From Azolla caroliniana (taxonomy: Eukaryota > Plantae > Polypodiophyta): 64,000 bases of DNA. The stretch lies in NCBI GenBank assembly GCA_043228905.1, contig JBHGNT010000139.1, positions 4,429 through 68,428 of the forward strand, written 5' to 3'. Numbering within the stretch: the stretch's first letter is position 1; every line of letters begins with the position of its first letter. The position numbers and the translations under genes were made by a program. Shown here one piece after another: positions 39,801-52,600 of the stretch. The notes under the pieces were generated by a model, which saw only the letters and a program-made list of their open reading frames with translations, had not been told where the DNA came from and did not search any database.

Positions 39801-42800
39801 GACGAAGGTACCCACTCAAAGAAAGAAAGGCACCAACCACATATGCCAGTCAATACGTCCTCTTGACTGATGACGGTGAGCCGGTGTGCTATGAAGAAGC
39901 CACTGCCGACGAGAGTAGAGAAAAATGGTTGAACGTGATGCAAGAGGAGATGGAATCCTTGCACACGAATTACACCCACGACCTAGTAGAGCTGCCGAAA
40001 GGTAAGAGAGCACTCAAGAATAAATGGGTCTACAAGGTGAAGACTGGAGAAGTCGACAGCGAGCCCAGGTATAAAGCCCGCATAGTGGTGAAGGGTTTCC
40101 AACATAAGAAGGGCGTCAACTTTGACGAAATATTCGCACCAGTCGTGAAGATGACATCCATACGAATTGTTCTGATCATAGCGGCCAACATGGATCTGGA
40201 GGTCGAACAGTTGGATGTCAAAACCGCATTTCTGCACGGGGAACTAAAGGAAGAAATCTACATGCAACAACCCAAAGCCTTTGAGGAAAAAGGGAAAGAG
40301 AATATGGTGTGTCGACTGAGGAAAAGCTTGTACGGACTGAAACAAGCTCCACGCCAATGGTACAAGAAATTTGAGTCCTTCATGATGGAACATCAGTTCT
40401 AGAAAACACAGGTTGATCACTGTGTGTTCGTCAAAAGGTACGAGGAAGGAGATTTCTTGATTCTCTTGTTATACGTTGATGACATGTTGCAAGGAAGATT
40501 GGAAGCTTGAAGAAAGCTCTCGGCAAATCATTTGCCATGAAAGACCTCGGACCAACAAAGCAGATCCTAGGAATGCACATAACCCGAGACAGAGCTCGGA
40601 AGATGCTATGGTTGTCACAACAGAAGTATGTGATGAAGATCCTAGAGAGGTTCAACATGCCGAATGCAAAGCCGGTCGGCTCTGTGTTGTCGACAAACTA
40701 CAGATTAAATGCGAAGCAGTGTCCGAAAGGGCAGAAGGAAAAGGCTGAGATGAAGAAGGTACCATATGCCTTAGCCGTCGGCAGTCTAATGTATGCTATG
40801 GTCTGTACGAGACCGGACATAGCATTTGTTGTAGGAGCAGTAAGCCGATATATGAGTAATCCAGGGAGAGAACACAGGGATACTCAGGTACTTAAAGGGC
40901 ACCTCAGGGGTGTGCCTAAGGTATGGTGTCGGAAAACCTGTGCTGGGAGGTTTTACCGATTCAGACATGCCAGGAGATGTCGACTCATGTTGATCCACGT
41001 AAGGGTACATGATGAACTATGCAGGGGGAGCAATGTTGTGGCAGTCACGACTGCAGAAGTATATGGCAGCAGTAGAAGCCGGAAAAGAGCTGATCTGGAT
41101 AAGAAATTTTCTCACAGAATTAGGCATGAAGCAAAAGGAGTTCTTGCTTCATTGTGACAACCAAAGCGCCATACACCTAGCCAAGAACACGACATATCAC
41201 TCCCAAACCAAGCACATACAGAGAAGGTATCACTGGTTGCGGGAGAGAGTTGAAGAAGGAGAATTTGCTCTTTAGAAGATCCATACTGACGACAATGAAT
41301 CCGACATGTTGACGAAGAACCTACCTTTGGACAAACTCAGAGTCTGTCGACAAAATACAGGACTGACAGATTTCCTTGCACAGGAGTGAAGGGGGAGTTT
41401 GTTAGGAATATGTCCCTCTAGTGGGAGGAAGAACCGATTGATCGGAAAACCGACCGTCGATGACAGGGAAGATCCGACTGTTCGGAAAGCCAACAGTTGA
41501 AGAGTTGAAAACAGTGAGTCGACTGTTTGTGAATTCGACTATTATTATTATGGTAATAATAATGATGATGTTTGGAAACAAGTCCCTCTAGATGGGAAAG
41601 AGAGAGGAGCCGAGTTGATGAGTGACTATAAACCGGAATTGTGTAAATAGCCAACTCGGGAGACTATAATTGTAAATAGTCTAAGTGTGCACCCCATGAG
41701 GCTTATGTATGTAAATAGCCAGAAAGTTGTGTAAGTATATATACAACTAGGGCAAACTTATGTGTGTGACGAATAGAGTTAGAACTGTAGAAACAGAATA
41801 GAGTGTGTAGAGAGAGAGTGTGTGAGAGAGAAGAAGGAAGAGTCGCGCCATAGCTGTGTGTGTAACAGCAGACGCGAAGATCCTTGTGCGGCTGATACAC
41901 TCGACAAAGTGTTGTAATCTTCTTTGTATTGTATATCCACTATATTATAGTGAAGAATTTGTTCACCCGTGGTTTTTCCCCGTTTTAGGGTTTCCACGTA
42001 AATCTCTGTGTATATTTGTTCATTTTGTCTTTTCTGGTGTATTTCTATAATTCGTATTTCAGCGCATAGTTCGTTTATTGTGATCTATTCCGCATCGATT
42101 TCTCAACAGAACCCAGATGTGGTAGAACGCACACGCCCCCAAGAACCTCTGCACCTCTGTTACCGACTTGCACTCCTCCTTCATCGCGGAAATGGCTTTG
42201 ACCTTTGCCGGAGAGGGTTTCCGGCCATAAGGCCCGCACAAGTGTCTGACGACCATGATTTCCGACTTCTCCCTGGAAAAGGTGAGTCGCGTGCCTTCCA
42301 ACCTTTGTAGCACCTTGTCATAGTCTGCGATGTGGTCCGAGACGAATTTTTGATACCCGTCCGGTCTAACCGTTTCGTCCTTATCCTCCACCGGACATCC
42401 CTTGATCGGGATGTCATCCAAGAACGACATGGTGATGTTTGGGATGCAGTCCCTCAGCACTTTGTTCATTGCATTCACCATGTGCACCACTGAGTTTGTC
42501 CCTCCTTGCGGCAGGGTACACATCTGCACTAAGCCGAAAGGAGTCCGCATTGTCGTAATATCCCTACTCTCTACAACTAGTTAGAATAGGTCGTACCCCG
42601 AGTACAAATCCCCGATTGAGCAAATTGACCTTCCGGCAAAGGCCTCTGCGAACTCGTCAATGGTCGGTCCAATTCTTGTGTTCCAAATGGTCACCCTGTT
42701 GACCAGCTGCAGGTCCTGAATAAAGCGCAACGTGCCGTTCTTCTTTGGCACGATAAACCACCGATTCGAGTATGGGTCACTCAACGGTTCGAGGACGCCC

Positions 42801-43464
42801 ATCTACACCTTCTGCTTCAGTAGCTCCATCAACTTCGGGATGTGGGCTCTAGGCACCGGAATCGGCTTGAGATTCCACGGTACATGTGGTACTGTGAAGA
42901 TCACCATTGGTTCCATGATTATCGGGTCTATGCATCTGATCTCCCCCGGTGTGAATGCGAAGGCCCTCCCGTGCCTTTCAAGCATTCCCCGAAACCGGTC
43001 CTCCTCCACCGGCAGTAGAAAGCCACCCCCACCGACCTTGAGCTCTCGTAGCATTACGTCAGTGAACCGGTGTCCTATGTCGGTCGGATCTCGTAAACTT
43101 GGGTCCGACGCAACCCCTTTCATTCGCAACTCACTGCCCTTCGGCAAGGGTGCCGCAACTGGCCTCACCTTCCGTTCCACGGTCTCATACTTCGTATGCA
43201 CATGGGCCATCCGATCCAACTCGACCCTCTCCCCGAAGTCGGCGATAACTTCATACATCATTCCTAAACTAACCGGAATCGTCTGGTCTGTGTTGAGGCC
43301 TTCTTCGAACACCTTCTTTAACTCCCCCAAGGTGTCATTGAAAGAGACCGCCTCCACGACTCCACCAATCTCATCATCGGGGCCCAGGACTCTGCACGCC
43401 TTGAGTCGTCCCTCCGCCCGTTTCTTCTCCCGGCCGCTAATGCCGGTCATCGTACAATCTCCGC
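33846..43464 (-). mobile_element. Degenerate Ty3/gypsy retrotransposon; 3' LTR at 33846-34571; interrupted by a copia at 36619-42108, and its 5' side ends against another copia at 43465
   Basis: LTR TGTCGTG...CACGACA with adjacent minus-strand polypurine-like GGTGGGGGTGGA. RT (VPKKNGTLRFIQD, LPQGGTNS, FLDDI), RNase H (VDTSLTGIG, RAYTQVKRELWGIV), integrase HHCC (YHESPWAGHHG...CESCQ) and WFGPY lie in RT-RH-IN order. Confidence 0.92.
36619..42108 (+). mobile_element. Full-length but mutated Ty1/copia LTR retrotransposon (LTRs 36619-37335 and 41400-42108)
   Basis: TG...CA LTRs, perfect 5-bp TSD GAACC (36614-36618, 42109-42113), PBS TGGTATTAGAGC at 37339 and PPT GAAGGGGGAG before 41400. Gag, WVIDSGAS protease, integrase, RT (QLDVKTAFLHG) and RNase H (CDNQSAI) carry stops and frameshifts. 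Confidence 0.97.
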
Positions 43465-43670
43465 TGTCAGAGAACCAAAATTTCTTGTCTATAGTATAGG
43501 GCTTCCTGTCGAATACATGTGTATAATGGACGTATTCACACTATCTCGTCTTGGCCATTTATGTAATTAGCATAAAGGGTAGTTGCCCTAAGTCGGTCAC
43601 TATATATATTGACCTTGTAACCTTTTTGTAAGGTTGGCTGTTGTATTATTGCTTTGGGAAATAGAAAGTT

Positions 43671-43711
<41 letters not shown>

Positions 43712-46700
43712 AACGACCTACATTCTGTCATACGCAGGAGAAGAACAGAACTGAATGCTTCAAGATCTTCCGCATTGACGACCTCGCTTCCAACATCTGG
43801 TATCAGAGCCTGCACAGTAGTCGGTCCCTCAATCCGCTGTCGGCCGTCGTCTCAGCATTCGGTTTCCTGCGTCATTCGAAGAAGAGAGAGGAAGAAGAAA
43901 AAAAAAAAAACCAGGTTTGCATCTCATCGCGTTAGATCATCTTTGTTTGGAGTAAGCCAGCAGGCTGTACTCCGTTCCTTGTGATTGTAACCGCTCGAGG
44001 TGAAATCCCCTCGTGCAACATTGACACGATTCGTGCTCCATTCGGTTAAACGGCATCCGAAGAGGTCATCAAACGCCGCTCGCTGTAACCACTCGGTGCA
44101 GATCGGTCTCAAGACAACAACCCCAAATTCGTGCTTCATCAGGCTGATCGACATTCGAGAGGATCAGTTAGATCCATCTCTCTCGTTGCTGCAGTCACCC
44201 GAAGCAGAATCGGTCCAGATAATCGGTTTTAATAATCGGTATTCGGCATATATATCCGAAGCGAACCGGGCTCACTCCGACTCGGCAACATTCGGGAAGA
44301 CCAGTCGGCTCTGTCCCTCAAGCTACCGAAGTCAATTCGAGCAAGTTCCGAAGCCGAACCGACTCGGGTTCAAACCCGACTAGAACAATATCGGGTGAGC
44401 CAACCGGCTGCACTCCAACAAGGTCCGTAGTCAACTCCGAACCGAGCTTCGTTAACCAAAACCGAATTTGATGGCATCAACATCCGGCTCGTCAGAAATG
44501 AGTCTACGAAAGTTCGATGGATCGAACTTCAACTTCTGGAAGGAACAAATGCAAGACTATCTCATAGTCAAGGGGCAAATCGATCCCATCGAAAATGAAG
44601 AACCTCCAGAAGGATACAAACCAATTGAGTGGCAGAAGCTGGACAGAATCGTCCGCGCCACGATTCGGATGCACCTATCGGAATCGGTATACTTTACGGT
44701 GCAATCGTGTACGACAGCATTTGAACTGTGGAAAACACTGTCGGACACTTACGAAAAGAAGGTCGCCGCAACAAAGATGTTTCTGATCCGGCGCCTCTAC
44801 AACTTGCGGATGAAAGAATCCGACTCGGTTCAAGCACACCTCAATGAGTACGAAAGCATAAGCTCCCAAATCTCGTCACAGGGGACGGCAATCGAGGATG
44901 AACTCAGAGCAATGATACTCATGAGCAGCCTTCCCTCATCATGGGAAACTTTCGTCACAACCGTGTGCAACGCGTCAACCACGGCTGTTAAATACTCCGA
45001 AGTCACGAGGGCAATCCTGACCGAAGCAGCTCGGAGAAAGTCTTTCGCCAAAGACTCAACAGACGACGCTTACGTAGTACAAGGTTCGACAGACCGATCG
45101 AACATACGAGGAAGAGATTCCTCACGGCCGCCGAACAATCAGCGAAGACGGAGCCAGTCACGGGATAACCGAATCTGCAACTACTGCAAGAAACCCGGAC
45201 ACATCAAAGCCGACTGCCGCGCACTCAAGAACAAGAACAACAAGAAGAGTGGCCGGCATGAGGAGATCAATTACGTCGGCTTCTCAGCTGATGTGCTACC
45301 AGACGACCCGAACATACTATCAATCGAAAATCCAGTTGGCTCAGAAGTTCTGCTCACGACTGAAGAATCGAGCACATGGCTCTTGGATTCGGGCGCGTCG
45401 TTTCACGTGACTCCTCATCGATCCCAATTTCGGCAATACACGATCCGTCACTCCGACTCAGTTCGGGTCGGTAACTCGCAACACTGTGACATCATCGGAA
45501 TCGGCACAGTAGAGCTCAACCTTGCAGGTGGCTCTACACTTGTACTCCACAATGTCCGACATGTACCCGAGTTCTCACGGCCATTGATCTCAGTCGGACA
45601 ACTAGATGAAGACGGCATTCGTGCCGGTTTTTCTTCGGGAGGGTGGACACTCCACAGGGGGAACCTCCTGCTTGCTAGAGGACCCAAGATACACTCCCTG
45701 TATCCGTTACATGTTACGCTCAGAGAGGGTAACCTGTTTTTGGTGGATATTCCTGTGTCATCACTATGGCACCGAAGATTAGGACACCTCAGCAAGGCCG
45801 GCATCACGCACCTATCTAGAGCCGGATACATCCCCAAACTCTCCTTCTCCGACCATCAATTCTGCGAGCATTGCCAGTATGGCAAACAAGCAGCCACATC
45901 ACACCCGACATCAGCACCAAGAGAATCGAGACCTCTCGATTTGGTCCACTCGGACGTCTGTGGCCCAATGCCGCATCAGTCTCTCGGTGGTGCCTCTTAC
46001 TTCGTCACTTTTATTGACGATTCGACTCGAAAGGTGTGGGCTTATCCAATTCGCACCAAAGATCGGGTCTTCTCGATCTTCACCGATTGGCTCGCTATGG
46101 TAGAAAATCAAACCGACCGAAAGCTGAAATGCCTTCGGACAGACAATGGGGGAGAGTTTAAATCTGAAGAATTCGTCAAATTCTGCCGACAACGCGGCAT
46201 CCGACGAGAATTTACGGCACCACACAGTCCGGAGCAAAACGGGATTGCCGAACGCATGAATCGGACAATCCAAGAACGGACAGTTTCCATGCTCCAACAC
46301 TCCGGACTGTCGGATGGCTTCTGGGCAGAGGCTCTACTCACGGCAGTACACATAATCAATATGTCGCCAAGTAGACCTCTAGGACTTCAAATTCCTCAGG
46401 AACTATGGATCGGCAGTAAGCCGAATTACGACAAGCTGAGGATCTTCGGATGCGAGGCGTACACCCTTATTCCGAAAGATGATCGCCGAAAACTTGCACC
46501 TCGGTCCAGGAAATGCATTTTCCTTGGATATGGATCCAACGGCGAAATGGGATACCGACTCTGGGACCCCGAACGCAGACAAATCGTTCGAAGTTCGGAC
46601 GTTGTGTTCAACGAGTCGGCCATGAATCCATCAGTCGAAAAACCGATCGAAGTCCGAAGGGTAACCTTTTCCGATGTGCCGACCCTTCAAGAAGGCCCCG

Positions 46701-47729
46701 CTCTCAACACACGGTCAGCTTCACGGGTAGCTGAACCTTACACTACCGACTCGGACAACTCCGACTCGGCACAGCAGAACAATCCGCTTTCGGACCATCC
46801 GACCACGATACCCGATGCGACCAGTCCAATCATGCCTCGACGATCCGAGAGACTGTCGCAACCTCCGGAGAGGTATTCTCCTGGAATTTTCTTCACCGAC
46901 GCCGGCGAACCGACGTCTTACGAAGAAGCATCGACATCCGTCGATTCAGCCACCTGGCATCTGGCGATGGAGTCGGAAATGCACTCCATTCGGGCAAACA
47001 AGACTTGGGATCTGGTCGAATTACCTAGGAACCGACGTGCTCTTCCTTGCAAGTGGGTTTATCGACTAAAAGAGACGTCTGATTCGACCACCCCAAAGTA
47101 CAAGGCCAGACTAGTTGCGAAGGGCTTCCGACAAGAATACGGCGTCGACTTCGACGAGATTTTTTCACCAGTGGTGAAAATGACAACCCTTCGTTTCCTA
47201 CTCGGCGTAGTGGCAGCCGACAACTTGGAGCTGATTCAGCTAGATGTCAAAACAGCATTCCTCCATGGTGATCTAGACGAGGAAATTTATATGGAGCAGC
47301 CAAAAGGCTTCGTGGCGACTGGCCAAGAACATCTAGTCTGCCGACTCAGGAAGAGTCTATACGGCCTCAAACAGGCACCGCGACAATGGTACAAGAAGTT
47401 CGACGACTTCATCACATCGATCGGCTTCTCAAAAAGCGATGAGGACCATTGTCTCTTCACCAACACAGCTCAAGATGGATCACCCATCTTCCTCATCATT
47501 TACGTGGACGACATGCTAATTTCTGGACGCCACGCGGGCGAACTTGCCGATCTCATTCGGCAACTGCGGTTGAAGTTTGCCATGAAGGATCTCGGTCCGG
47601 CACGACACATACTCGGCATGAAGATCAGTCGGCATCGCGACAAACGACACCTTTTTTTGTCTCAGACCGACTATATCGGACGTGTCTTGGAACGCTTCAA
47701 CATGCAATCAGCCAAATCTGCTTCAACCC
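43465..47729 (+). mobile_element. Second, younger Ty1/copia element (5' LTR ~43465-43795, PBS TGGTATCAGAGC at 43798); truncated at the duplication junction
   Basis: LTR end CAACA is followed by an initiator-Met tRNA PBS and an uninterrupted gag-pol ORF. The LTR start is inferred from the TG where gypsy coding stops. Confidence 0.93.
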
Positions 47730-47764
47730 AGACCAAGGGCCACCTCCACATCGAAATCCTTTGA
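44471..47764 (+). CDS. Copia gag-protease-integrase-RT polyprotein (~1097 aa), C-terminally truncated with 11 LINE-derived residues; no RNase H
   Basis: CNYCKKPGHIKADC zinc knuckle, WLLDSGAS, LWHRRLGH...CEHC, VHSDVCGP, RTDNGGEF, EQNGIAERMNRT, QLDVKTAFLHGDL and YVDDML. The tail QTKGHLHIEIL comes from across the junction. Confidence 0.9.
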   Translation: MASTSGSSEMSLRKFDGSNFNFWKEQMQDYLIVKGQIDPIENEEPPEGYKPIEWQKLDRIVRATIRMHLSESVYFTVQSCTTAFELWKTLSDTYEKKVAATKMFLIRRLYNLRMKESDSVQAHLNEYESISSQISSQGTAIEDELRAMILMSSLPSSWETFVTTVCNASTTAVKYSEVTRAILTEAARRKSFAKDSTDDAYVVQGSTDRSNIRGRDSSRPPNNQRRRSQSRDNRICNYCKKPGHIKADCRALKNKNNKKSGRHEEINYVGFSADVLPDDPNILSIENPVGSEVLLTTEESSTWLLDSGASFHVTPHRSQFRQYTIRHSDSVRVGNSQHCDIIGIGTVELNLAGGSTLVLHNVRHVPEFSRPLISVGQLDEDGIRAGFSSGGWTLHRGNLLLARGPKIHSLYPLHVTLREGNLFLVDIPVSSLWHRRLGHLSKAGITHLSRAGYIPKLSFSDHQFCEHCQYGKQAATSHPTSAPRESRPLDLVHSDVCGPMPHQSLGGASYFVTFIDDSTRKVWAYPIRTKDRVFSIFTDWLAMVENQTDRKLKCLRTDNGGEFKSEEFVKFCRQRGIRREFTAPHSPEQNGIAERMNRTIQERTVSMLQHSGLSDGFWAEALLTAVHIINMSPSRPLGLQIPQELWIGSKPNYDKLRIFGCEAYTLIPKDDRRKLAPRSRKCIFLGYGSNGEMGYRLWDPERRQIVRSSDVVFNESAMNPSVEKPIEVRRVTFSDVPTLQEGPALNTRSASRVAEPYTTDSDNSDSAQQNNPLSDHPTTIPDATSPIMPRRSERLSQPPERYSPGIFFTDAGEPTSYEEASTSVDSATWHLAMESEMHSIRANKTWDLVELPRNRRALPCKWVYRLKETSDSTTPKYKARLVAKGFRQEYGVDFDEIFSPVVKMTTLRFLLGVVAADNLELIQLDVKTAFLHGDLDEEIYMEQPKGFVATGQEHLVCRLRKSLYGLKQAPRQWYKKFDDFITSIGFSKSDEDHCLFTNTAQDGSPIFLIIYVDDMLISGRHAGELADLIRQLRLKFAMKDLGPARHILGMKISRHRDKRHLFLSQTDYIGRVLERFNMQSAKSASTQTKGHLHIEIL

Positions 47765-48596
47765 CCTGCCTCTTCTTTTCGAGAGACTTGGATGGAAATG
47801 AAACTAGGCCTAGTATAAAGTCTTTTCCTTATAGAACATGTTTTTTTTGCTAGAACTCTTTAGCTTAAGGTCTATATTATATTTATATTTACTTTTGATG
47901 AATGGGCAAATACCCCCTTTTTATTGTAAACCAATTGTCTCATGGGCCAATTTTGGTCTTAGAAGATGTTAATACATCTTTCTTTCTTTCTTTCTCTCTC
48001 TCTCTCTCTCTCTCTCTCATTTGGTCTTATGTTGACCATTTTGGCCTCATAGAAGACGTTAATATCTCTCCCTCTCTCCCTCTTTGTAAATAATGGCTTC
48101 CATTACGAATGAAAAAAACACACACCATCATAACTAACTTACTAGAAAGTATGGAACCTTTCTAGGGAGCTAAACACTACTACGGTTACAAACTCAATGC
48201 CACCTTACACACCAATTCAAATAGTGAATATTATGTGATATGGCAGAGTTTTCTCTCTTCATGGTTGAGAGTTCGTGACTTCATTAGCATTGGCAATCGC
48301 CACAAAAGAAGACCTTTTAATTTCACAACATACTTTCTCACCTTAACTTACGAAACAAAAGTGAAGGCATTCCGCATATTCCAATTGAACCATAGCTGCC
48401 CCCAATACCTTAATAACTCAAAATATAATTCGGAAATGAGGCATCGGTTCATTTTTCTTCGTATGTGCAAAAACCCAACTTAAGGAAGATAGACTTACTC
48501 TAGTTAGAGATGTCCACACTAAAGTGTTACACTCCAAACCATCCTAGTCATCGGGCATGAAAGAAATCGATGTTTACTATGTTCCAATTCCACATA

Positions 48597-48643
<47 letters not shown>

Positions 48644-49014
48644 TATGTTTGCCATTTTGGCCTCTTAGAAGACGTTAATATCGACCTCTCGTCTTGTCTC
48701 TTTTTAGTTTTACTGTAATTGCTTCACTCTAATGGTAAGTTATTAAGATTGTTAAGACTAGGTCTTGGGTCTAAAACCCAATTATCTCACTTGTTTATTA
48801 CTCTATACATATCTCTTAATTTACTAGATGCCATTATGGAATGTAATTCCTCTCTATTACTCCATACATCTCTCTCTCTCTCTCTCTCATTATCATGCAT
48901 GCCTCCCTCCTATGATGACCACTACCCCCACCCCTCTGATTGCCATTGTGATTGTTACTCCTCTTAATTTACTAGATGCCATTATGGAATGTAATTCCTC
49001 CCTATTACTCCATA

Positions 49015-49052
<38 letters not shown>

Positions 49053-49665
49053 TCATGCATGCCTCCCTCCTATGATGACCACTACCCCCACCCCTCTTAT
49101 TGCCATTGTGATTGTTACTCCTGGACCGGACTAGCCACTAACACAGCAGGGTATCCTTCCGGATCACTTCACCAAATGGGTGGTTGTGGTAAGGATTTCC
49201 GACTCCGATAGGCTTCAACCGGTTAACGTCCGGTTGAGATCCGATTCACAACACACAGTGTTACACGCGTAAGATCAATACATTAAACACATGATGGAAT
49301 AAAGATCAGATAGACAATAATAACACGCTCTTATATTAATTTTCCATCGTTCATATAATGATATCCGGATCCTTTTATAAGCATCCAATCTGTGCTACAA
49401 AACGGTGCCTAACCGGCAACCGTCTATGAATCGGTCCGGATTCGAATCGACATACCTCTTCTAGATCCGTCCGTTCCTAACATAATTCATAGTTATATAA
49501 TTATATCTCTAGGAACCAGCTCGCCTCTTCCTCCTTCCATACTTGGCAGCCACTGACCAACAATGACACGTCATGGCGCGCGTTGGCATTGGAAGTTGCC
49601 AGTTTATGTATTATATTTATTATAACTCCTCATAGCTAATCTAGGCTATGAACATCATATCACGA

Positions 49666-52600
49666 TGTCGTGAGGGATTCCCGCCATGGTGAGAAAGGGG
49701 AGTCGGACGCACTGTCGTGTTATTCTGCATGCACGGGAGAAGCCAAGGCAGGACCGCAGGGGTCTTGAACCAAGGAATAGCCGCACAAAGGGAGGAGCAC
49801 TACGAAACCATGGCCGAGCCGAGCACACAGAAACACAGGGAACTCACAAACAAGGTCGAACAATGAATAAGGAAAATGCATATATATCTATATATATATA
49901 TATATATCTATGTGACCAAAATTACAATCAGCTAGCCAGTAAGTGCCAAATCGCTAACACTAACTCACACAACGCACGCGACAACAAGAGATGGAGCCTC
50001 TGTTGGAAGCGCTCGGGCTTTCCACAAAAACAGAGGCAACCTCCCAACCTGCAGAGAACGATCCCAAAAAACGATAGAGGAGAAGAGCTCGGTTTCAGTC
50101 CGACAGCACTTAGTCCTAAAAAACGCGATCCCTCTCTCAGTCTTCTCCTCTCCCTTTTATAGGCCCCCGGGGTCAGACCGTTATACCATGGTTACATCAT
50201 CTTTATTTCTGTCACTTCAGACAAAGATACACTACGATTTCCCAAACAATAAATGCGTACTACCTAGTATCCTCACGTCAAATGAATTGCTCCTAAATAT
50301 GTACAAGTTATTAAATAACGTGCCCGCACGTAAGGGCCAATTCATGCACATATTTCCCTGATTCCTCCTAGGGGTGGTTTTCTCCACGACATCCACCCCC
50401 ACCTAACCGCGCAACCACCAGTATGCGCCAAAATAGACTTCTGCCGGAGAAGACCGGCCCGCACTCATCTTTCATTCTCCGGATCGCCATCCGCTCCGAA
50501 CCGATTGTCGTCGCTATCCATGTCCTCTGGGTTCGGTTCATCCTCGTGCCGCTTCTTGAACTCTTTGATCCTCTTCCCGGCCATCGGCACAACTATTCTC
50601 GTTCCGTCGAGCTCCACGAGATGGTAGGTGTCGTTGTCATTGGCGCTTGTCACCGCGTAAGGCCCGAACCACCTCCTCGCAAATTTTCGCACCGCTTTGT
50701 GCTGATTGTCGAGGTTGTTGTCGTATACCAGCATGCAATCGCCTTCCTCAATGTTCTTCGGTCGGAGCCGGTGTGTCCGGTCGAACCGGCCCTTCTTCCT
50801 TTCCCGTGTCGTTCGCAGCTTCTCCCTTGCTCGCTCCACGTCCTCCGTCTCCGTTCAAGTTGTCGGATCCCCGCCGCCAACAGCTCCTCCCGGCTCATTT
50901 TGTTCCTCCAATCCACCGCAGCCCACGAAGTGATTGCCCGCTCCGCCGGCATAATCGGTTTTTGCATGTACATCAACTCCGCCGGCATGAACCCGATCAC
51001 TGAATTCCGGTCCGCCCACAACACATAAGGTAGAAGCCGCGGCCAATTCCCGACCTGTCCTTCACACGCTCACACCAACGCCTTCACGATTGGGTCGTGC
51101 CCTCGTTCTACCTTCCCGTTTGCTTCCAGGTTGTATGCCGTAGTGAGAGAGAGCTTGACCCCTACCTAGTCGAACAACTCTTCAGCTTCCTGCACGTCCA
51201 ACTCCCCCAGATCTGCCACGATCTTTCCTACACACCCATACCGGCACACCACTTCCTCAATCCGGAATTGGCACACCGCCGCAGTCGTCTTATTCTGCAG
51301 TGTGTGGCCCTCCACTTGGTTCTTTAAGTCTTCTCACGCCAGTACCAGGTACCACATCTGTCCTACCCCCATCGGCATCGTCACCAAATCTACCATCCAC
51401 TTGAAATGGCCAGTTGGGGGGTAGGTCAGGTGCAGCTCATCTCGATGCCGGATCGTGGAGTGCATTTGGCAACTCTCGCACGTCGTCACGAACCGGTGCA
51501 CGTCTCGGTATAGCCCCGGCCACCAATACTTCTCCTTTAGCTTCTCGGATGTGGCCCGAGTCCCGTGGTGACCAGCCCAAGGACTCTCGTGGTATGCCGC
51601 GAGTAGCATCTCTTGTTCCTCCTTTCTTGTCACTACTCGTAGTGGGACGCCGCCTCTCTTCTTCAGATTCTTCCACAGGTTCCTGTCCCGCAGGAAGAAC
51701 CGGTACGCTTTCTTCCGGACCCAGTTGGCTTCGCCTTTCGTTCAGGCGGCGTCCGACGTCATTATCTTTAGGAATCTACCGATCCTAAGCCACTCTCCTT
51801 CGTATTCACCCTCGTGAAACTCGTTAAGCGCCGGGGTGCTCCCTACCCTCGTCAGGCAAGCCGACTCGAAGAAGTCCTCGCCGACTTCTTCGTCCTCCGA
51901 AACCATGCCGTCCTCGTTGTCGAACCGCGTTCTCGAAAGCATGTCAGCGATGGCGTTGTCCTTTCAGGAGATGTGCCATATCTCCAGATTCAGGGACTTG
52001 ATGTATGCGATCCACCTGAGCATCGCCAGGTCAGGCGTCGCGCATCCGGAAACCATTCCGAGGATCGGTAGGCAGTCCATCCCGATACGATAATCTTTGT
52101 CGGCCTTGACTACCGAAACAATACCCCAGAGCTCACGCTTAACTTGGGTGTATGCTCGTTGTTGCTCACTGAATACCTTCGCTCCGAACCAGATAGGGAC
52201 CCGTGTGTTGCCCTCGTCTTCTTGATTGATCACCCATCCTATCCCAGTCAGGCTCGTATCTACGGTTACATAGATCCAAACATCCTTGCTGTAAACCGCT
52301 TTACAGAGTGTCGGTGCTCTGGTGAGCGCTTCTTTCAATCTCCGGACCGACTCCGTATGTTCCTTGCCCCAATCAAATTCGCGCCCTTTCTTTAGCAGCT
52401 CGTAGAGCGGTTCCGCGATGTGCGCGTAATGCGGAACCTGTTGGGAATATGTCCCTCCTATGGGAGGAAGAACCGACTGATCAGAAAGCCGACAATTGAT
52501 GATAGGGAAGATCCGACTGTTCGGAAAGCCGACAATTGAAGAGTCGAAAACAGTGAGTCGACTGTTTGTGAATTCGACTATTATTATTATGGTAATAATA

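Noticed and set aside
42732-43499. 255-aa and 201-aa (34603-35208) plus-strand ORFs
   Set aside because: They are antisense shadows of GC-rich gypsy pol coding sequence.
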